The position numbers were made by a program, and so were the translations under genes. A stretch of 42,825 bases of DNA, taken from Nanohaloarchaea archaeon B1-Br10_U2g21 (GTDB taxonomy: Archaea > Nanohalarchaeota > Nanosalinia > Nanosalinales > Nanosalinaceae). This document shows positions 37,155 to 42,825 of the stretch, piece after piece. Position 1 is the first letter of the stretch; every line of letters begins with the position of its first letter. Below the pieces are notes generated by a model. The model was given only the letters and a program-made list of their open reading frames with translations. It had not been told where the DNA came from and searched no databases. The DNA lies in assembly GCA_001563915.1 (NCBI GenBank), contig LKMP01000006.1, forward strand, positions 1 through 42,825, given 5' to 3'.

Positions 37155-37517
37155 CTATCTGTGTTCGCTGTAAGGATCTTCTATTCTCTCAATATCATCA
37201 GGCCTGTAAGGAAAAGATATTTCCAGTACTTTTGCGACCATCGAATCAATGTTCTGTAATTGGTGTTTCTCTCTACTTCTGATTATTTGAGCCTTTCCTT
37301 TCTTGAGCTCTTTCATTTTGTCCTCTAATCGGAGAGTTATATTTCCCTCTTCAAGATATATGATATCTGCCTGAGTGTCGTGAGAAGAGTAAGAAGTCAT
37401 CTCATCAGAGTTAATTACTAGTCTTCTGATTCCAAGCATTCCACGTTCTCCCCCAATATCTACCTGGGTAACAAGTATCTGCTCTTCATACCCCCAAGGC
37501 TTCTCAATCCTTCCCAT
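37155..37517 (-). CDS. Cupin protein (mannose-6-phosphate isomerase type II C-terminal-like)
   Basis: IEKPWGYE, HQLQN, LEIS..DIERIEDPY. Confidence 0.8.
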   Translation of the reverse strand: MGRIEKPWGYEEQILVTQVDIGGERGMLGIRRLVINSDEMTSYSSHDTQADIIYLEEGNITLRLEDKMKELKKGKAQIIRSREKHQLQNIDSMVAKVLEISFPYRPDDIERIEDPYSEHR

Positions 37518-37553
37518 GGTAGGTTATACAGTCCTTTAATCTTATACCTCTTT

Positions 37554-38090
37554 CTAAAAATCCTGAAACTGCTTATCTATAAGAAAGTGCTTTGTAGGTT
37601 CAGTAAGCTCGATTTTTTTTAACTCAGATGGATCGACCCATCGGAAATCGGAGGCCTCATCATTTGTGCTGACTTCTACTGGTTCCTCTACAGTCTTAGT
37701 GTACAAATACCAGTAATGATAATCTGCGCCTCTCCTACAGGGATCTTCAACTTTTTCCTCTAATTTAAGTTCAGGAGCAGAAATTTCTAGATTTGTTTCC
37801 TCTTTAACTTCTCTTATAATAGCTTTTTCAGGATTTTCTCCTTCTTCCAAATGACCTGCTGGAATAGTATATTTGAAAGGATATTTTCTCCGGTTTAGCA
37901 ATAATATCTTACCGCTTTTTACAATTACCGCCCCAACAGACACATGAACAATCTCTCCTTCCTCATTGTAGTGTTCTAATCCCTTGTTAAGAATCATCCT
38001 TGAGTTTTTATGGCCTTCTGAACAAATATAGTATTCCTTCCCGTCTTCAGTCTTAATTTGAGTCTCTTTACCACAATCCATGCATTTCAT
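37554..38090 (-). CDS. NUDIX hydrolase with N-terminal zinc ribbon
   Basis: GHLEEGENPEKAIIREVKEETNL Nudix box; CMDC..CSEGH; start set to MKCMD. Confidence 0.9.
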   Translation of the reverse strand: MKCMDCGKETQIKTEDGKEYYICSEGHKNSRMILNKGLEHYNEEGEIVHVSVGAVIVKSGKILLLNRRKYPFKYTIPAGHLEEGENPEKAIIREVKEETNLEISAPELKLEEKVEDPCRRGADYHYWYLYTKTVEEPVEVSTNDEASDFRWVDPSELKKIELTEPTKHFLIDKQFQDF

Positions 38091-38685
38091 CTTTCTCATC
38101 CTCATAATAGCTAAGTTTAGGGAAATCTATATCCTCTACATGCGAATATAGCTGATCTCCTTGTAGATCCCATTTGCCTACAACTGTTTCCTGAAGCTCT
38201 GGATCGCCTCTGGCAACAATTAACTGGCTTCCTGGCTCGCGTGATTGGATACCGTGATACATACCTGCAGGAATAATTAAAGGCTCATCAAACTCGATAA
38301 TAGTAAACCCTGATTCTGATTCTTTGGATGCCACCTCCATCTCAAAATTACCTGTTGGAACGTAAAGCTCAGGAGTATTGTGTACGTGTGTAAGCTCAGG
38401 ATATGATCTCAACTCTTCAGAAAATCGATATTTTAACTCTACTGGGGAATTATCCGAATTCATGAAATAGAAGCCATCGCTGCTTCTATCATCTCTTTCA
38501 ACAGTGTTTTCGTTTCCAAGAATTCTTGCATCAATGTAAAGGCCTTCTATACCAGGATCTCTACTCAAAACAACGTAATCTCCCTCTTCTATGTATCCAT
38601 TATCTTCCATTGCAACGAAACCCGGCTCCTCTAGGATTTCTCTTGCTTCATCCCATTCTCCAAAATGCGTGACTTCAGCAAACAT
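38068..38685 (-). CDS. Hypothetical protein with cupin-like motifs
   Basis: HVHNTPELY..IIPAGMYHGI; start set to MFAEV. Confidence 0.7.
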   Translation of the reverse strand: MFAEVTHFGEWDEAREILEEPGFVAMEDNGYIEEGDYVVLSRDPGIEGLYIDARILGNENTVERDDRSSDGFYFMNSDNSPVELKYRFSEELRSYPELTHVHNTPELYVPTGNFEMEVASKESESGFTIIEFDEPLIIPAGMYHGIQSREPGSQLIVARGDPELQETVVGKWDLQGDQLYSHVEDIDFPKLSYYEDEKDEMHGLW

Positions 38686-38740
38686 CGTAATACACCATAT
38701 TACTTTTTTTGTTTTTAAACCATGGCATTTATTGTACATT

Positions 38741-39151
38741 ATGGGTAATGAATACTTGCGTTCAATGCTGACAGGCGAATCTCGATCCTATGGTTTTACT
38801 ATCGCATTCTGGGGTAGCGGCGCAGTCTTAATCAACTACTTCGGCGTACCAGAACTATTCCCCGCACTATTATTCGGAATAGGATCCATAACAGGTTTTG
38901 CTCTATTAGCTATACTTGCCCTAAGAATGGAAGAGCCTAAAGAAGCAACCTCAAACAAAAATCTGCTCATAATTTCAGGAATACACTATCTATCGGCACT
39001 ATTACCCATATTAGTAGCCTATTCAATAATATCCTTAGGTATAGAAATCCATGCAAGCTTCTTTTTATCAGGGATGAGCGTATCGCTTTTGTACACGCTA
39101 TTGTCAATACAAGAGCAAAACATGGCAGAATTTCTAAATAAGAAAGTATAA
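38741..39151 (+). CDS. Hypothetical 4-TM membrane protein
   Basis: Start MGNEY avoids overlap with the divergent gene; ESRSYGFTIAFWGSGA. Confidence 0.7.
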   Translation: MGNEYLRSMLTGESRSYGFTIAFWGSGAVLINYFGVPELFPALLFGIGSITGFALLAILALRMEEPKEATSNKNLLIISGIHYLSALLPILVAYSIISLGIEIHASFFLSGMSVSLLYTLLSIQEQNMAEFLNKKV

Positions 39152-39156
39152 CCCTA

Positions 39157-39903
39157 TTACTCTACTTTCCGCCATTCCCCACCATAAATATATCCTGTTA
39201 GCTCTTTTTCAGCCGCCAACTTCTCAAAAGTCTTATGAAGACCTCCAGTCTCCAATCCATCAAATATTTCCGGTTCAAAGATATATGCCCCCGCATTAAT
39301 CAGTCTAGTAGGCTCTTGTCCCGGATCAGGCTTTTCATCAAAACCTAATATAGTTCTACCTTTCATACGAACAACTCCATAATTTGTAGGATCTTGTACA
39401 GTCGTTAACGCCATTGAAGCTTTTTTACCTTCATCTCTATGCACCTGAAGCATATCCCTAAGATCAATATCTGCTATAACATCGCCATTAATTGCTAAAA
39501 ACGTTTTACCTATTTTATCCTTCAATTGTTTTAGCGCAGTGGCCGTCCCCCCATCTTCACTATCAGCAACATATTCAATAACTAAACTATTCCAACTACT
39601 TCCAAAATGATTTTCTAAATCTTCCCTATTAGACCCTGCTAAGAGTAAAACACGCGAAATTCCTTTGTCTGACAGCATATCAACAATATGGCTTAAAAGC
39701 GGCTTTCCATCTATCTCAGTCAAAGGATCATACTCTTCACCTCCGCAAAATACTGCAGCAGTATCTAACTCCTGCCCATGAATATAGTTCTCAACTATCT
39801 CCTCCACCATCTGAGACCTATTCATCGACCGGTACTCAGCTTCTGCATCAATACGCTGCACAAGTACGTCATCAAGAGTAAGAGAAACACGCTTTTTCGT
39901 CAT
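39157..39903 (-). CDS. Ribbon-helix-helix + sugar-phosphate nucleotidyltransferase-like fusion
   Basis: KKRVSLTLD..NRSQMVE (CopG-like); GGTATAL, FLAINGDV, DPTNYGVV, FDEKP, LINAGAYIFEP. Confidence 0.85.
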   Translation of the reverse strand: MTKKRVSLTLDDVLVQRIDAEAEYRSMNRSQMVEEIVENYIHGQELDTAAVFCGGEEYDPLTEIDGKPLLSHIVDMLSDKGISRVLLLAGSNREDLENHFGSSWNSLVIEYVADSEDGGTATALKQLKDKIGKTFLAINGDVIADIDLRDMLQVHRDEGKKASMALTTVQDPTNYGVVRMKGRTILGFDEKPDPGQEPTRLINAGAYIFEPEIFDGLETGGLHKTFEKLAAEKELTGYIYGGEWRKVE

Positions 39904-39929
39904 ACAAAATAAATGCCATAACACATTTT

Positions 39930-40610
39930 TTAGTTTGAGCCATTGACCTCTTCTACTTCAAGCTTCAAATTGTAGAATTTCCCATCCTTTTCAAAAACAC
40001 CGAGGCCTTTATCACCATAAGACAAACCTCTCAAAAGACCTATAGCCTCTTCTAAAGTCATTTCTTCGTTAAGATCAAGCCGTGATACCTCATCTAAATC
40101 TTCTCTATGATGCATAGATCCCTTCTCAAGGTCTTGCTCTTCGCCTTCTTTGCCTGCGTAAATATTAGGCCAATTCTTCTTAAACAGTTCTGCTTGAGCA
40201 GCCATCAAACGCTCCCGCAAACTAGAAGCAGTGTCATCAGATTTCAACTCTACTTTTTTCCTTGCAATTACTGGTCCAGTATCAAGACCCTTGTCCATGT
40301 AGTGTATGGCTACTCCTGCAGGACTTCCATCAATTATAGGCCATATATATGGATAAGCGCCTCTGTTAAAAGGCAGATAAGACGGATGGAGATTCACTAT
40401 ACCTTTTTCAGGAATTTCTAGTATTTCCTCAGGCACAATATGTTCAAAGCCTGAAGATATTACTAGATCAGGCCTCAACTCTTTAACCAGGTCTAATTGT
40501 TCTTTTTCAGTTAGTAAAGCCTTTACTTCAACATCACTCCTATTATTAAGCCACTCGTAGACTTCTTCACCTGCATCATTTATCCCTAGAAAGACTGCTT
40601 CGACCGTCAT
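39930..40610 (-). CDS. Formyltransferase (probably nucleotide-sugar N-formyltransferase)
   Basis: VNLHPSYLPFNRGAYP, GVAIHYMDKGLDTGPVI. Confidence 0.85.
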   Translation of the reverse strand: MTVEAVFLGINDAGEEVYEWLNNRSDVEVKALLTEKEQLDLVKELRPDLVISSGFEHIVPEEILEIPEKGIVNLHPSYLPFNRGAYPYIWPIIDGSPAGVAIHYMDKGLDTGPVIARKKVELKSDDTASSLRERLMAAQAELFKKNWPNIYAGKEGEEQDLEKGSMHHREDLDEVSRLDLNEEMTLEEAIGLLRGLSYGDKGLGVFEKDGKFYNLKLEVEEVNGSN

Positions 40611-40660
40611 TAGTATAGTTAGAATAATGAAAAAATATTAAACCCAAGCTTTGGAGAAAA

Positions 40661-41407
40661 ATGGCTTTAATGTTTGATCTTTCAAAATTATACAAGATGC
40701 ACGGCCGAAAACGAATCAAATATGAATACAAGAAAAGGTCTTTCCAAGAGTTCCTTAAATGGCTTTATCATGGGCTAAAAGCTCGTATGGCGGTTAAGCT
40801 CCATAGTTTGTTATCAGACATATTGGGAGAAGAGAGATACTTTAATGCTCTAAAAAGGCTTCGGTGCCGAAAGATAAGAGAAGATGAGTTCATAGAGCTA
40901 AGGAAAATAGATCCTGACACAGTGGAATATGTTTCGCCAACACGAGAAAAACAGAAATGGTACTCTACCGGCAAACTGAAAAACGGAGGTTGGGATAAAG
41001 GTCTAGATAGATACAATGATCTTCCTTTTCATCGCGCAATGATAAAGAGAGTAAAAGAAGATATTAAGTGGGATGAAATTGAAGAAGTTCAAGAGGCTAG
41101 GAAAGGAGGAATAAAATGGCCAGGAAAGCCGTATAACGTAGACAGAGACATTCAAAAGACTGAAGAATTATTGGAGAATATTAAGGAGAATGGTTACAGG
41201 TCTCAAGAAGAAATTAGAAACATTTCTTACGAAGAAGCAGAGAAGAACTGGGATTTTAAGGCCTTAAATGAAGTATGTGTAGATCTTGACAGAAATGGCG
41301 ACCCTTTATTTGTAGACGGACGGCATAGATTAAGTATTGCAAAAATTCTTGGAATAGATGAAATACCTGTTCGTATAGTTATGAGGCACAGAAACCTCAA
41401 AAAGTAA
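40661..41407 (+). CDS. ParB/Srx N-terminal-like domain protein
   Basis: LLENIKENGY..DGRHRLSIAKILGIDEIPV. Confidence 0.75.
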   Translation: MALMFDLSKLYKMHGRKRIKYEYKKRSFQEFLKWLYHGLKARMAVKLHSLLSDILGEERYFNALKRLRCRKIREDEFIELRKIDPDTVEYVSPTREKQKWYSTGKLKNGGWDKGLDRYNDLPFHRAMIKRVKEDIKWDEIEEVQEARKGGIKWPGKPYNVDRDIQKTEELLENIKENGYRSQEEIRNISYEEAEKNWDFKALNEVCVDLDRNGDPLFVDGRHRLSIAKILGIDEIPVRIVMRHRNLKK

Positions 41408-41443
41408 CAGCTTATTAGTACCTCCAAAGACCGAGTGTAAATA

Positions 41444-42825
41444 ATGACCGAGTCCAAAGTTGTGAAATCTCTTTTCACTGGGGGCGCCATAATTTTCGCA
41501 GGGATGATAATCTCCAAGCTTTTTGGGTTGCTTTACCGAGTAGTAGTTGGTAGAGCGCTCGGACCAGAAGAATATGGCATAATCTCGGTTATGCTTGCAG
41601 TTTCCTCTGTGATAGGAGCCTTAGCATACATAGGAGTGCCCAAAGGAGTCCAGAAATACGTATCAGAGTATAGAGGTAAAAATGACATAGGCAGTCAAGT
41701 TGGTGTGCTTCGCACAGGACTCATACTGGTAACAATACCATCATTCTTAACTGGTATAGCGCTTTTTCTACTAGCTCCTTGGATTTCTACAGAAATATTT
41801 AATGAGCCGCGAGCCATATGGCCGCTAAGATTTCTAGCAATTATACTTCCTTTACGAGCCTGGAGAAAAACTATGATTAAGACCACAGAAGCCTATGAAA
41901 AAATGCAGTATAGAGTCTATACTAACTATATTTATGGAAATGTCCTAAAGGTAATACTCACAGTATTCCTCGTAATAATGGGCTACGGCTATCTTGGCGC
42001 AGCTTTCGCATACGTATTTGCTTGGGGATCTGCAATCATACTTGCAATAATATTCACATACAGAGTTTTACCTGAGACCTTTCAACTCTCGAGGAGTCCA
42101 GGAGCACAATATCGGAAGCTCTTCCACCACTCTTGGCCGCTGTTTGCGGCAGGTTTGTTTGCATCAATCGCCGGATACATAGACACGTTTATGCTTCAGG
42201 CCTTCCTTGGCAGCGAAGAAGTAGGACTATACAACTCAGCCTATCCTTTCGCAGCAGTAATATCATCTGCAGGAGGAGTATTTGGATCAATCTATCTGTC
42301 AAATGCCTCTAAACTCTATGGACAGGACAAAAAAAATGAAATGACTGATGCCTATAGGCTCGTTGTGAAATGGATTGCATTAGTATCTCTTCCAATGTTC
42401 ATGATAATGGTAGCGTTTCCACATGCAGTGCTTCAAATCTTTGGTAGCGAATACCTTGGAATGGGTAACGTTCTTAGAGTACTTGCTTTCGGCTTCTTGT
42501 TGTCGGCCATGATAGGTCCTGTAGGCAAAGTAATACAGGCTATAGATAAGACCAGGTACAAACTATACCTTACTCTGTTTATAGGGTGTTCAAACATATT
42601 GCTCAATTACTTGTTGATTCCTATTTATGGAATAATGGGTGCTGCAGTCGCCACCACTCTTACATTTGCAATAGCTTTCATACTTAAAATCTTAGTAATG
42701 GAGTATCTTGCTGATATACAGCCATTTCGTCCGATTATCCTTAAAATAATAACTAGTTCAGGTCTTGCAGCGCTAGCAGTTTTCTTAATAGCTTTACTGG
42801 CGTTTGAAACAACGCCATTATGGTA
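41444..42825 (+). CDS. Oligosaccharide flippase (Wzx/MOP superfamily), 3'-truncated
   Basis: MTESKVVKSLFTGGAIIFAG..GRALGPEEYG, IDTFMLQAFLGSEEVGLYNSAY, LNYLLIPIYGIMGAAVAT; runs off the window. Confidence 0.9.
   Translation, partial: MTESKVVKSLFTGGAIIFAGMIISKLFGLLYRVVVGRALGPEEYGIISVMLAVSSVIGALAYIGVPKGVQKYVSEYRGKNDIGSQVGVLRTGLILVTIPSFLTGIALFLLAPWISTEIFNEPRAIWPLRFLAIILPLRAWRKTMIKTTEAYEKMQYRVYTNYIYGNVLKVILTVFLVIMGYGYLGAAFAYVFAWGSAIILAIIFTYRVLPETFQLSRSPGAQYRKLFHHSWPLFAAGLFASIAGYIDTFMLQAFLGSEEVGLYNSAYPFAAVISSAGGVFGSIYLSNASKLYGQDKKNEMTDAYRLVVKWIALVSLPMFMIMVAFPHAVLQIFGSEYLGMGNVLRVLAFGFLLSAMIGPVGKVIQAIDKTRYKLYLTLFIGCSNILLNYLLIPIYGIMGAAVATTLTFAIAFILKILVMEYLADIQPFRPIILKIITSSGLAALAVFLIALLAFETTPLW

Noticed and set aside
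39930-40610. Methionyl-tRNA formyltransferase call
   Set aside because: Archaea do not formylate initiator tRNA; the protein lacks the full Fmt C-terminal domain and sits by glycan genes.

Overview
AT-rich (roughly 38% GC by eye), gene-dense archaeal chromosomal segment with a strongly acidic proteome. Gene content and motifs fit a halophilic DPANN symbiont, most likely Nanohaloarchaeota (inference). Left part: a 5'-truncated histidine kinase, a Methanococcus-type S-layer gene with a long structured leader, two class III signal peptide (pilin-like) adhesins, a repeat-containing secreted protein and many orphan ORFs. Centre: the rps13-rps4-rps11-rpoD operon, four tRNA genes (Leu-UAA, intron-containing Gln-UUG, Gln-CUG, Ser-GCU) interleaved with accessory genes, a beta-carbonic anhydrase, a parvulin, a cupredoxin and a tandem coiled-coil pair. 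Right part: housekeeping and envelope genes (PRC-barrel, M24 peptidase, SAMP, Ogg1, AglH-like, AglB, SecF/SecD, NAC) and the start of a glycan cluster (RHH-nucleotidyltransferase, formyltransferase, ParB-like protein, flippase). No CRISPR array, rRNA or intact mobile element was seen. Best leads: window-wide over-representation of the palindrome AGGCCT, a coupled 21-codon basic ORF inside the ribosomal operon, a frameshifted LAGLIDADG-like relic abutting the intron-bearing tRNA, a SAMP gene lacking a canonical start, and the S-layer regulatory architecture. All protein calls come from motif recognition, not database searches.
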